Part shown: piece after piece, positions 27,626 to 35,984 of the stretch
How positions within the stretch are numbered: the stretch's first letter is position 1
Layout of the letters: each line of letters starts with the position of its first letter
IMG/VR virus record: IMGVR_UViG_3300021124_000014
Coordinates: 1 to 35,984 of that record
From: a virus
Taxonomy: Duplodnaviria; Caudoviricetes
Strand: one strand, 5' to 3'
DNA length: 35,984 bases
Notes under the pieces: model-generated
Databases searched by the model: none
The model's input: the letters and a program-made list of their open reading frames with translations, nothing else
Told to the model about the DNA's origin: nothing
Made by a program: the position numbers and the translations under genes

Positions 27626-27685
27626 GTTATAAAGGAAGAAGCTGTGGAAGCTAGAAAAGAACTTGAATCAAGGTATTGGAGGTAG
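27626..27685 (+). pseudogene. Remnant of an AP2-domain (HNH-AP2 type) endonuclease gene
   Basis: Intergenic frame reads VIKEEAVEARKELESRYWR* preceded by an in-frame stop; resembles the terminal AP2 helix of phage HNH-AP2 proteins. Confidence 0.5.
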
Positions 27686-27688
27686 ATA

Positions 27689-27940
27689 ATGGCTACTGGA
27701 ACAACTAAAGCACCAAACTTACCAATTGCTCCTGTTGAGTATAGTCAGCAGTACATAGACCAGCTTACTAACGTGTTACGGCTTTACTTTGCACAGCTAG
27801 ATAGTCCGGGAGTTTCAGCCGCTGCTGGTTTGATTTTAGATATAGATAGACTGCCTACACAAACAAGCCTAGCAACACTTATAGCAGGCACAGTTTATCG
27901 AGATACAACAGCAGGAAATGTTTTGAAAGTCAAGACTTAA
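27689..27940 (+). CDS. Small hypothetical virion protein
   Basis: RBS GGAGG; 'APNLPIAPVEYSQQY.DQL.NVLRLYF.QLD'. Confidence 0.8.
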   Translation: MATGTTKAPNLPIAPVEYSQQYIDQLTNVLRLYFAQLDSPGVSAAAGLILDIDRLPTQTSLATLIAGTVYRDTTAGNVLKVKT

Positions 27941-27951
27941 CATGGTAATAT
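27923..27951 (+). promoter_or_regulatory. Possible sigma70-type promoter for the ejection-protein genes
   Basis: TTGAAA (27923-27928), 17 bp, TAATAT (27946-27951) with extended -10 TG. Confidence 0.45.
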
Positions 27952-27977
27952 ACAACAAATAAATAAGGACTACGATT

Positions 27978-29615
27978 ATGGCTGGAGTATTTGCAACGAC
28001 ATTTTTACCCGAAGTTCTAGGAGTAACCGCAGAAACGTTACCTGCTGTTGGCGCTCTTTCGGCTGAAGAATTAACAGCCAATACCGCGATTGCCGATGCT
28101 CTTGGTACAGGTACATCATTAGCTGCTTCTGGAGTTGCGCCAGCATTAGAAACATTAGGCTCTGGTTTAGGTTCTTCAGCTGCTTCTGAAATAGCCGCAG
28201 GGCAAGCAGGACAATTAGGAGGAGCAGGAATTTTAGGCGCAGATGCAGGAACAGCGGCAACTGCATTACCAGCGGCAACAGCCGCGCCTACTACATTAGG
28301 TCAAACAGCAGGGATAGATTTAAATTCTACCGCTGGTGGACCCGGAGTTAGCTTACCCCCATCATCTGTACCTGTTGAAAATCCATATGCTGTATCACCA
28401 GCAGCAGCACAAAGTCCATATAGTATGCAACCCGCAGGTCAAAATTTTGGTGGTATTGGTGGCGCAAATCCTGTTGACCCAATCACATCAGGGTTTCAAG
28501 ATGCATTAAATATGATAAAAAGTACTGGGTCAGGTATAACTTCCTTTGCCAAAGAAAATCCTATGGCTACTATGATGGGCTTACGATTAGCACAAAATGC
28601 ATTCGGTCCAAGCTATGCACAACCCACAGTTATAAAGCCTACTGGTCAAGCAATGGATATGACCTTATCGCCAAATTTTAAAGGCTCGCATGTCATATCA
28701 GACACTTCTGTATACAATCCAACATATACACAACCTACAAAAGTAGCGGCACAAGGTGGGATAATGAGGGGGTATGCTTCAGGTGGTATCTTGTCTTTTG
28801 ACCAAGGCGGTATTGCAGCTATGGCAGGACAACAACCTCAAGGTCCACAAGGCGCGATGTATCCACAAAGTCAACAAGCTAATACACAATATGCAACACC
28901 AAGTCAAATGCCTACAAGTTCTGAAATAGTTAATTCAGGCTATGAAGTACCAACCAATGCTTATACAGGTGAACCAACTTCGAGTATGGCAGGTGGTGGC
29001 GTTATTGCGTTTAGTCGTGGTGATGTCGTTGGTACTCCAACTATGGATATGTCAAATATTTCAATGCTTGGTGGTCCTTCACCTTGGAGCACTAATCAAG
29101 ATACCGATGCAAATACAGCACACTTAGCACCACATGAAGCTGCTGCATATCGTCAAAAGAAACTAGAAGCATTAGTAAGCTATGCAAACCGTGCTAAACA
29201 AACTGCTCCACCAATGGGGTTTAACCAAATGTCTGCACCACAACAAGCACAACAAGCGGCACAAGGCGCGGCACAGCCACAGGCTGGAGATGGTCAATTC
29301 GCTGCAGGTGGTATCCTCGGTGCAGACCACTCAACACTAGGCGGTTATGCTGCTGGTGGTGAGCCAAGGCTTCTTAGTGGTCCCGGGACAGGTTTAAGTG
29401 ATAATATCCCTGCAGTGATTGCAAACAAACAACCTGCACGACTTGCCGATGGTGAATTTGTTGTAAGCTCAGACGTAGTTAGTGGGCTTGGTGGTGGTTC
29501 TACTAATGCAGGGGCAAAAAAACTTCATGATATGATGGATAGGGTGCGAAAACAAGCGCATGGAACAAAAAAACAAATTAAACCTATTAATGATTCACAA
29601 GTATTACCTGCATAA
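27978..29615 (+). CDS. Putative internal virion (ejection) protein with AxGG motifs and C-terminal GPGTGxSD domain
   Basis: Ala/Gly/Gln-rich low-complexity body; ends 'YAAGG...GPGTGLSDNIPA...LADGEFVV..DVVSGLGGGS..AGAK.L..MM..VRK'. Confidence 0.7.
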   Translation: MAGVFATTFLPEVLGVTAETLPAVGALSAEELTANTAIADALGTGTSLAASGVAPALETLGSGLGSSAASEIAAGQAGQLGGAGILGADAGTAATALPAATAAPTTLGQTAGIDLNSTAGGPGVSLPPSSVPVENPYAVSPAAAQSPYSMQPAGQNFGGIGGANPVDPITSGFQDALNMIKSTGSGITSFAKENPMATMMGLRLAQNAFGPSYAQPTVIKPTGQAMDMTLSPNFKGSHVISDTSVYNPTYTQPTKVAAQGGIMRGYASGGILSFDQGGIAAMAGQQPQGPQGAMYPQSQQANTQYATPSQMPTSSEIVNSGYEVPTNAYTGEPTSSMAGGGVIAFSRGDVVGTPTMDMSNISMLGGPSPWSTNQDTDANTAHLAPHEAAAYRQKKLEALVSYANRAKQTAPPMGFNQMSAPQQAQQAAQGAAQPQAGDGQFAAGGILGADHSTLGGYAAGGEPRLLSGPGTGLSDNIPAVIANKQPARLADGEFVVSSDVVSGLGGGSTNAGAKKLHDMMDRVRKQAHGTKKQIKPINDSQVLPA

Positions 29616-29616
29616 A

Positions 29617-30126
29617 ATGACTGCTGCGGAACGATGGGCTGCATTAACCATGGAGCAAAAATCAGAAATATATAGAAAACGAAAAATATATTATGAAGCT
29701 ACGCGGGATATTCGAAGAGCTGAAAAGATGCGTTCCCATAATAAGCTTAAAGAAACTCCGGAGTATATGGAAACTAGGCGAATATATGCAAATAAACAGC
29801 GGACATTAAAAGGTAGAAAATTAGAAATAAGTAATCCCGAAGTAAAACGAAGATATAAAAAATCAGCAAAGGGTAGAATAAGTACAAGCCGATATGAAGT
29901 AGTTCGACGTACAGGATTAAAACAAGCTACTCCAGCTTGGGCAAATATGACTGATATAGGGGATGTTTATATGGAAGCTAGTTGCATGCAAATGCAGGTA
30001 GACCATATTGTCCCATTAGTGAGTAAATTAGTTTGTGGGTTACATGTATGGGACAATTTACAGTTAATGCATGCATTGGATAATGCCCAAAAAGGAAATA
30101 GACATTGGCCCGATATGCCGGCATAA
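29617..30126 (+). CDS. HNH homing endonuclease
   Basis: 'ATPAWA...VDHIVPLVSKLVCGLHVWDNLQ...NAQKGNR'; same family as 12232-12894; start reassigned to ATG 29617. Confidence 0.9.
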   Translation: MTAAERWAALTMEQKSEIYRKRKIYYEATRDIRRAEKMRSHNKLKETPEYMETRRIYANKQRTLKGRKLEISNPEVKRRYKKSAKGRISTSRYEVVRRTGLKQATPAWANMTDIGDVYMEASCMQMQVDHIVPLVSKLVCGLHVWDNLQLMHALDNAQKGNRHWPDMPA

Positions 30127-30155
30127 TAGTACCTAGTTCAACCTAGGAGAAAGAA

Positions 30156-30599
30156 ATGGAAGTTATCTACGCAGATGAGGGTATTAGAGTCATTGAGTTA
30201 AGTGAGTTATACCAAGAGCATTACGATGAGTTGTCAGTAACAAAAGAGTTTCAGATGGACCCGAACTACGATGCATTTGATAGATTACAAGATGCGGGTA
30301 TGTTACGAGTGATTACATGTAGGGTTGATGGCAATTTAGCAGGTTATATTGTTTTTGTTATTCAACCCCACACGCATTATAAAACCTGTATTACCGCATT
30401 TGAAGATGCGTATTTTATTTCAAAACCATATAGAAAAGGTAGAATTGGCATCAAGTTATTCCAGTATGCAGAAGGTGTGCTAAAAGGAATTGGTGTTAAT
30501 CGCATTATCTATGGTACAAAAGTGCATTCAGATAATTCAAGGCTATTCGAGTACTTGGGTTATAAACATACTGATAAAGTATATTCAAAGCTTATATAG
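30156..30599 (+). CDS. GNAT-family acetyltransferase-like protein
   Basis: 'LAGYIVF', 'YFISKPYRKGRIGIKLF..AE', 'LFEYLGY' acetyl-CoA-binding pattern; RBS AGGAG. Confidence 0.85.
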   Translation: MEVIYADEGIRVIELSELYQEHYDELSVTKEFQMDPNYDAFDRLQDAGMLRVITCRVDGNLAGYIVFVIQPHTHYKTCITAFEDAYFISKPYRKGRIGIKLFQYAEGVLKGIGVNRIIYGTKVHSDNSRLFEYLGYKHTDKVYSKLI

Positions 30600-30608
30600 A
30601 GGTAACTC

Positions 30609-33347
30609 ATGTTTAAATTTTTTAGTCCAGCTTGGTTAATTAATAACCTATTTACACTTTCTTTTGGTGGTGGTGGTACTCCTGCCCCTACTAATACGAC
30701 AGTTCAAAATACCAACATTCCTGACTACGCGCAACCGTATGTAATGAATATGTTGGGTGCTACTGAAAATCAATTATTCAATAAAGATGCCTCGGGTAAT
30801 ATCACTGGGTTTGCTCCATATTCGCCATACAGTACCGACCCATCTCAGTATGTAGCAGGTTTCTCACCACTACAACAACAAGCACAAAACACAGCTGCAA
30901 ATATGCAGCTGCCGGGTCAGTTTGGTCAAGCATCACAAATGTCTGGTATGTCAGGTATGGGTTCACTTGGACTTGCTAATCAAGCCACTGGTTATGGTGG
31001 TGCTAGTGCTGCCACAGGTATGGGTGGATTAGGTTTTGGACAACAAGCCGCTGGTTATGGTGGTATGGGGGCTCAAGCTGGTCAACAAGCTACAGGTTAC
31101 GGCGCAATGGGCGCAGGGTTTGGTCAGCAGGCAGGTCAGGCAGGAAATCAATACGCTAACGCTGCAACAAACGGTTCTATTGGTGCGTACATGAATCCGT
31201 ACCTACAACAATCATTAGACCCACAACTTGCTGAAATTCGTCGTCAGTATGGTATTACAGGTACACAAGAACAAGGTCAAGCCACACAAGCAGGTGCTAT
31301 GGGTGGTAGTCGTGAAGCATTAATGGCAGCTGAGAACCAACGCAATATGGGTACAGCACAAAGCCAAGCGATTGCTCAAGGGTATAACAACGCATTTAAC
31401 CAAGCACAACAAGCACAGCAGTTTGGTGCTAACTTAGGGCTTCAAGGACAACAAGCAGGTATTCAAGGTGCTCAAGCTGGTATCGCTGGTCAAGGCGCGG
31501 CAATGCAAGGTGCTGGATTAGGCATTCAAGGTGCTCAAGCTGGTATGCAAGGTATTAATACAGCCCTATCAGGTTTAGGTCAAGGTATCTCAGGTGTTAA
31601 TGCTGGTCTTGCAGGTATGGGTCAAGCAAATGCTGCAGCTGGTACATTAGGTCAATTAGGTACAGCACAACAAGCCGCACAGCAAGGTATCATTGGTACT
31701 CAAAGTACTATGGGTCAGCAACAACAAACACAGCAACAGAACATTACAAATCAAGCTATCCAGAACTACGCCAATGCTCAACAGTACCCAATGATGCAGT
31801 TAGGTATGATGTCTAATATGCTTCGCGGGTTACCAATGCAAGGTATGACTACACAACAATACCAAGCACAACCTTCAATGACTAACCAACTGGTTGGCTT
31901 AACAGGTGCATTAGCAAACCAAGCTCCAACAAAAACTGCCAAAGCTGGTGGCATCATGCAAGCAGAACGTTTCGATGTAGGTGGGGCAATTAAAGCAGAC
32001 ATCTCAAAACTACCTACTGACAAACTACAGGCAATGATGGGCACAACTCCAAGCCCAATCGTTAAAGGTGATATCCGCGCTGAATTAGGTTTGCGCGCAC
32101 AAGGTGCATCACAAGACTTCGCTAAAGGTGGTATATTATCATTCTCCGCAGGTACTCCAAAAAATGCCATTAGTGATGTGTTCGGTGGTGTTCCAGAAGA
32201 CGATACTAGCCCTACATTACTACAACGTTCAGGGATTCCAGAAGCAGTAAGTGCAGGATGGCGTGCATTGCAATCAGGTGCACAACGTAGTGTTGACCCT
32301 GCGTTTAGAGGAAAAGAATACGCACCTGAAATTCAAGTAAGTCCTGAAAGCATTGCGCAGTCTGCGGCACAAGTAAAACAAGCGGCAGCTCCAGCGGTAG
32401 ATACAACCAAAAAAGAAGCTCCAGTAGTAGTAGCTCCACGAGCAGGTGTACTTGATGCAGACGTAGCCGCACCATCAGCTTTCAATTGGGAAGAAGCAAC
32501 TAAACGAGCAGGTGAATCAATATCCCCAGAACAACGCGCGGCTTTATCTGGTGAAACTAAAGTTCCTGATGTTGGGCAATCTATTGCAGACTATAAAGCG
32601 ATGCAAGAAAGATTTACAGACCCCGCACTTGCAGCAGCTCGTCGCGCAGACCGTGCAGAAGCTATGGCAACAAAAGCAAATATCAAAGATGAATTAGCTC
32701 GTCGTGAGCAAGCAGCAACACAAAATATGTGGGCACGTATTGGGGCAACTCCCGGTCCATTGATTGCTGCAGGACTTAAATCAATGATTGAAAAGAATGG
32801 CGAAGATTTGCAAAATACTCAATGGGGTAAAGACGCAATGAAAGACGCAAATACTTTAATCGCTAAGTTTAATGATTCAGACTATATGATTCAACAAGGC
32901 GACATTGCAGGTGGGTATGCACAACATGAGCAAGCTATTAAAGACTTAAAAGAAACAGTCAATAAAGCCGAACTAGCTAAAGAAAAATCAATGACCCAAC
33001 AACGCGATGTTTACAAAGATACTGTAAGAGCGTATCAAGATGAGCAAACTTCAAATCATCAAAGGGCAATGGAAAACCTTGAAGGACAAAGAATTGGTAT
33101 TGAAAGAACTAAAGCCAATGCTCTTGGAAGTAAAGAAGATGTGGCAAGAGAGAAGAACTTTGCTACAATGTATGACGCTGCTTTTAAAACAGCATATGCA
33201 GCTAATCCTGAAACCGCCGCACAAGTAGCTTTAAATGCCGCAAATCTAATATACCAAAAAGGTCCTAAATCAGTTACCGGTGCAGGTTCATTTACTACTG
33301 ACCCAAAAACAGGTGAAATGACTTATGTAAGACCACAAAAAGGATAA
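30609..33347 (+). CDS. Putative internal virion / DNA-ejection protein
   Basis: Gly/Gln/Ala-rich N-half with 'YMNPY' and 'AGAMGGSR' motifs, charged helical C-half; RBS GAGG. Confidence 0.7.
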   Translation: MFKFFSPAWLINNLFTLSFGGGGTPAPTNTTVQNTNIPDYAQPYVMNMLGATENQLFNKDASGNITGFAPYSPYSTDPSQYVAGFSPLQQQAQNTAANMQLPGQFGQASQMSGMSGMGSLGLANQATGYGGASAATGMGGLGFGQQAAGYGGMGAQAGQQATGYGAMGAGFGQQAGQAGNQYANAATNGSIGAYMNPYLQQSLDPQLAEIRRQYGITGTQEQGQATQAGAMGGSREALMAAENQRNMGTAQSQAIAQGYNNAFNQAQQAQQFGANLGLQGQQAGIQGAQAGIAGQGAAMQGAGLGIQGAQAGMQGINTALSGLGQGISGVNAGLAGMGQANAAAGTLGQLGTAQQAAQQGIIGTQSTMGQQQQTQQQNITNQAIQNYANAQQYPMMQLGMMSNMLRGLPMQGMTTQQYQAQPSMTNQLVGLTGALANQAPTKTAKAGGIMQAERFDVGGAIKADISKLPTDKLQAMMGTTPSPIVKGDIRAELGLRAQGASQDFAKGGILSFSAGTPKNAISDVFGGVPEDDTSPTLLQRSGIPEAVSAGWRALQSGAQRSVDPAFRGKEYAPEIQVSPESIAQSAAQVKQAAAPAVDTTKKEAPVVVAPRAGVLDADVAAPSAFNWEEATKRAGESISPEQRAALSGETKVPDVGQSIADYKAMQERFTDPALAAARRADRAEAMATKANIKDELARREQAATQNMWARIGATPGPLIAAGLKSMIEKNGEDLQNTQWGKDAMKDANTLIAKFNDSDYMIQQGDIAGGYAQHEQAIKDLKETVNKAELAKEKSMTQQRDVYKDTVRAYQDEQTSNHQRAMENLEGQRIGIERTKANALGSKEDVAREKNFATMYDAAFKTAYAANPETAAQVALNAANLIYQKGPKSVTGAGSFTTDPKTGEMTYVRPQKG

Positions 33348-33350
33348 GTA

Positions 33351-35984
33351 ATGCCTAAAGTAAATATACCTGATGTTGGAAGTGTAAACTTTCCTGATGA
33401 TATGTCACATGATGAAATAATGCATGCGATTGAAAATGAAGTTATTCCACAGCATGCCGCAGCACAAAAAGCTCACGAAAACAAAACTGGGTTTATCTCA
33501 GCTGTTAAGTCTGGATTTCATGAGTCATTAGGTGCAGCAGAACAAGCCCTTGGTGAAGTATCAGGAAGTCAAAAGCTACAAGATTGGGCTAAAGAAAATG
33601 CAACTAAGGCACAGACTGAACATGAAGCGACAACCGCAGCTGATGTAGAAAATGCTAAAGGAATGTTTAGTACTGCTGGTAAGATGCTATCTAAGAATGT
33701 TACTGAACCTCTTGGTGGTATCTTAGGTTCATATGGTGCACCACTTGCACTTGGGGTAGCTGGTGCTGCATTAGCCCCTGAAGCTCTTGTTGGTGCAGGT
33801 GCCGCAGCTGGTGCAGAAGCCTTAACTGGTGAAGCACTTACCGCCGCAATTGCACAAAACGCAGCGCGAGAAGCAGCTAAACGATTAGTTGGCGCTGGAG
33901 TAACAACTGCCACAGCTATGCCTGCTGAGATGGGTCGTAACCTACAAGCACAAGAAGAACAAGCCCCCGGAGTAGCCCATAACCTAGTTAAAGCAGCCCT
34001 TGCAGCAATTCCTGAAGCGGCTCTTGTTGGCTTTGGTATGCCCGGAACTAAGTTTGTTAATCGATTAGTACCTGAACTAACCCCACTTGCTGAAACACTG
34101 GTTCCTAAGATTGAATCAGGCGCAATGACCGCTGCAGAAGCTCAAGCTACGTTAGCTGGTAAAATTCCACAGTATTTAAAAGCTATGGCAGCTAATACAG
34201 CCGCTGGTACAGGCATGATGGTGGGTACTGAAGATATCCGTCGTGCACAGGCTGGTCAAGATTTAATGTCTGGCGCAGAGATGGCACAGACTGCTAAAAC
34301 TGCAGGGCTACTCTCACCTATATTTGCAGCATTCCACGGGTCAGATAGAGCCGCAGCTCATGAAGTGCTTGCTAATGCACAAAGAACGCGTGACGTTGCT
34401 GAAGAACAAAAACAAATAGGTACTCATGGTGGTACAGAAGCGGAAGTTGCTAGTGCAGATGCAGAACGCGCAGCGGACTTAGAAGGACTTAAGAAAGTTA
34501 ATGAGTTCTATAATCCAATACGTGCGCAGTTTAACGATATTAAAACTAAAACAGAGCAATTAATTGCTCCTGAACTTCGTAATAGACTTAGTTCTGATAT
34601 AGAAAATCACCCTGACTTAAAAGCATTAGATACCATAGAAGGTACTAAAGAGTTTATGGCTGGCTTGAAAGATAACAAAAGTTATACTGAAGAAGAAAAG
34701 AAAGCACTTAAGCCACAGCTACAACAATACCTAAAAACGTTTAAAGAAAAAGATAACGCCGAAGCTAAACTAACCCCTGCACAAAAGAAAATGGCTATGG
34801 TGTTTGATGCACATGATGATTTGCGTTCTGTTACTGGTGTTGAAACTACAGCGGACTTATTAAAACTCCCACTTGCTGATTTACATGACATGCGTGAGGC
34901 AATACAAGACCCATCTGCACCTAAGAAATCACAACCAAAGATTGAATACTTAACAAAGACTTTAGACGATGCAATCGCAAATCATCCTGATACATCTGCG
35001 CCAATTAAATCAGCACAAGAAGCTGAATTCCAACGAACACTAGATGCTAAACGCGCACAAGAAGTTGAGTTAGCTAAACAACAAGCCGCTACAGAGCAAC
35101 AACGCCTAGCCTCAGAGCATACACAACGCCTATCTACTATAGAAGCCACGCATAGACAAGAAGTACTTGATGTGCTCAAACAAGGTCCAGCAGCATGGAA
35201 AGCATTCCAAGAGAAGCAAGCAATTATTCGTGGTGAAGACCCAAGCAGCATTAAACTTGTTGATATGCCTGAAGAATACTTTAAGCAACACCCTGAGTTA
35301 TCTCCTGAAGAAGCATATGCACAGATAGTTCGTTCTACAGCTAAAGGTCGTACAACAGATAAAGCTGAATTAGCTAAGTTTAAGGCTGGTCAAGACGCAC
35401 TTGAAGCACAGATGAAACAAGAACATCAACAAGCTGAAGCAGATAAGTTCTACTTAGAAAAACAAAAGCCACCAAGAGATGAAGTAACTGAACCTACTGC
35501 GGAGCCTACAAATGAGCCAATCGTCAATGATGTCAAAGGACAAGGAAACCTATTTACTCCAAGAACAGGAAAGCCTACAGTCGAAGCAACCACAGCCGCT
35601 AGAGCCGCAGAAGAAGCCTTCACCGTGCGTGATTCTGAAGTCGGGAAGGGAAGTGATAAGTCTAAGCGACAAGGAAGTGAGCCACCTGTGGGCGGCGCTG
35701 CTAAACAACGCGATACAACTACCAAAGAAACTGGAACTGCTGGACGAGGAACACCTGCACCTGATGTTGGAGTATCTGGAAGAAACGCAGGAAGAAATGA
35801 AGCAGAAATCACAACGGAACATGCTGCATTAAAACCAATAATTGAAGCGGTTAATAAAGATGTTCGTGGTTTAAATACTCTAGCAGAAGAACGTAAAGTA
35901 GACATTCCTAAAACAATGCAAGAAGAACTCGTTGAGTTAATGAATAACCATCCAACTAAAGAAAGCGAAATTAGTGATTGGACA
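33351..35984 (+). CDS. Large internal virion / ejection protein, truncated by the window end (not in ORF track)
   Basis: Starts MPKVNIPDVGSVNFPDDMSHDEIM; Ala-rich hydrophobic helices; the same frame is still open at the end (…MNNHPTKESEISDWT). Confidence 0.8.
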   Translation, partial: MPKVNIPDVGSVNFPDDMSHDEIMHAIENEVIPQHAAAQKAHENKTGFISAVKSGFHESLGAAEQALGEVSGSQKLQDWAKENATKAQTEHEATTAADVENAKGMFSTAGKMLSKNVTEPLGGILGSYGAPLALGVAGAALAPEALVGAGAAAGAEALTGEALTAAIAQNAAREAAKRLVGAGVTTATAMPAEMGRNLQAQEEQAPGVAHNLVKAALAAIPEAALVGFGMPGTKFVNRLVPELTPLAETLVPKIESGAMTAAEAQATLAGKIPQYLKAMAANTAAGTGMMVGTEDIRRAQAGQDLMSGAEMAQTAKTAGLLSPIFAAFHGSDRAAAHEVLANAQRTRDVAEEQKQIGTHGGTEAEVASADAERAADLEGLKKVNEFYNPIRAQFNDIKTKTEQLIAPELRNRLSSDIENHPDLKALDTIEGTKEFMAGLKDNKSYTEEEKKALKPQLQQYLKTFKEKDNAEAKLTPAQKKMAMVFDAHDDLRSVTGVETTADLLKLPLADLHDMREAIQDPSAPKKSQPKIEYLTKTLDDAIANHPDTSAPIKSAQEAEFQRTLDAKRAQEVELAKQQAATEQQRLASEHTQRLSTIEATHRQEVLDVLKQGPAAWKAFQEKQAIIRGEDPSSIKLVDMPEEYFKQHPELSPEEAYAQIVRSTAKGRTTDKAELAKFKAGQDALEAQMKQEHQQAEADKFYLEKQKPPRDEVTEPTAEPTNEPIVNDVKGQGNLFTPRTGKPTVEATTAARAAEEAFTVRDSEVGKGSDKSKRQGSEPPVGGAAKQRDTTTKETGTAGRGTPAPDVGVSGRNAGRNEAEITTEHAALKPIIEAVNKDVRGLNTLAEERKVDIPKTMQEELVELMNNHPTKESEISDWT

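Noticed and set aside
8699-30126. Group I introns or inteins hosting the endonucleases
   Set aside because: Flanking genes have their own stops and starts, gaps are too short for a ribozyme core, and terminase, portal and capsid show no intein-like insertions.
30132-30147. CCTAG/CTAGG hairpin over the GNAT RBS
   Set aside because: Only 5 bp with a 6-nt loop; too weak to claim regulation.
30900-31760. Collagen-like repeat in the G/Q/A-rich region (GIQGAQAG units)
   Set aside because: Gly spacing is irregular rather than strict Gly-X-Y and Pro is scarce; consistent with low-complexity ejection protein sequence.
196-35905. Numerous minus-strand and alternate-frame ORFs in the track (e.g. 196-504, 3584-3886, 17155-17511, 31778-32170, 35450-35905)
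   Set aside because: They lie inside well-supported plus-strand genes and show no motifs; they are shadows of biased codon usage. Only 8699-9073 is credible on the minus strand.
1-35984. tRNA, rRNA, integrase or alternative genetic code
   Set aside because: No cloverleaf-like or rRNA sequence noticed in the few gaps, no recombinase motif, and genes are full length under the standard code with all three stops used.

Overview
A 36 kb morphogenesis region of a tailed dsDNA phage with podovirus-like organisation (P22/T7-type logic; no tape measure, sheath or tail tube gene recognised). Almost everything is on the + strand and tightly coupled by TAATG/ATGA overlaps. Gene order: repeat-rich non-coding left end, terminase small and large subunits, portal, GroES-like co-chaperonin, scaffold, capsid proteins, a cluster of small basic proteins, head-tail adaptors, several tail-fibre/spike genes, lysis cassette (holin-like genes, an overlapped lipoprotein, M15 peptidase endolysin), tail nozzle, then large internal (ejection) proteins with a GNAT gene; the last ORF runs off the window. 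Five free-standing homing endonuclease genes (3 HNH, 2 GIY-YIG) and one eroded remnant sit between structural genes, and neighbouring gene ends show local codon-usage shifts. Most notable unexplained signals: (1) two short peptide tags reused across otherwise unrelated proteins, RGxGxxx[KR]GKTKG at or near the ends of small basic proteins and [FYMAH]-[AKD]-x-G-G in those proteins and in the ejection proteins, suggesting a cargo-loading/processing system; (2) a compact multi-pseudoknot RNA leader between a sigma70-type promoter and the gene after the major capsid protein. All functional calls come from motif recognition and synteny by eye; no database search was run.
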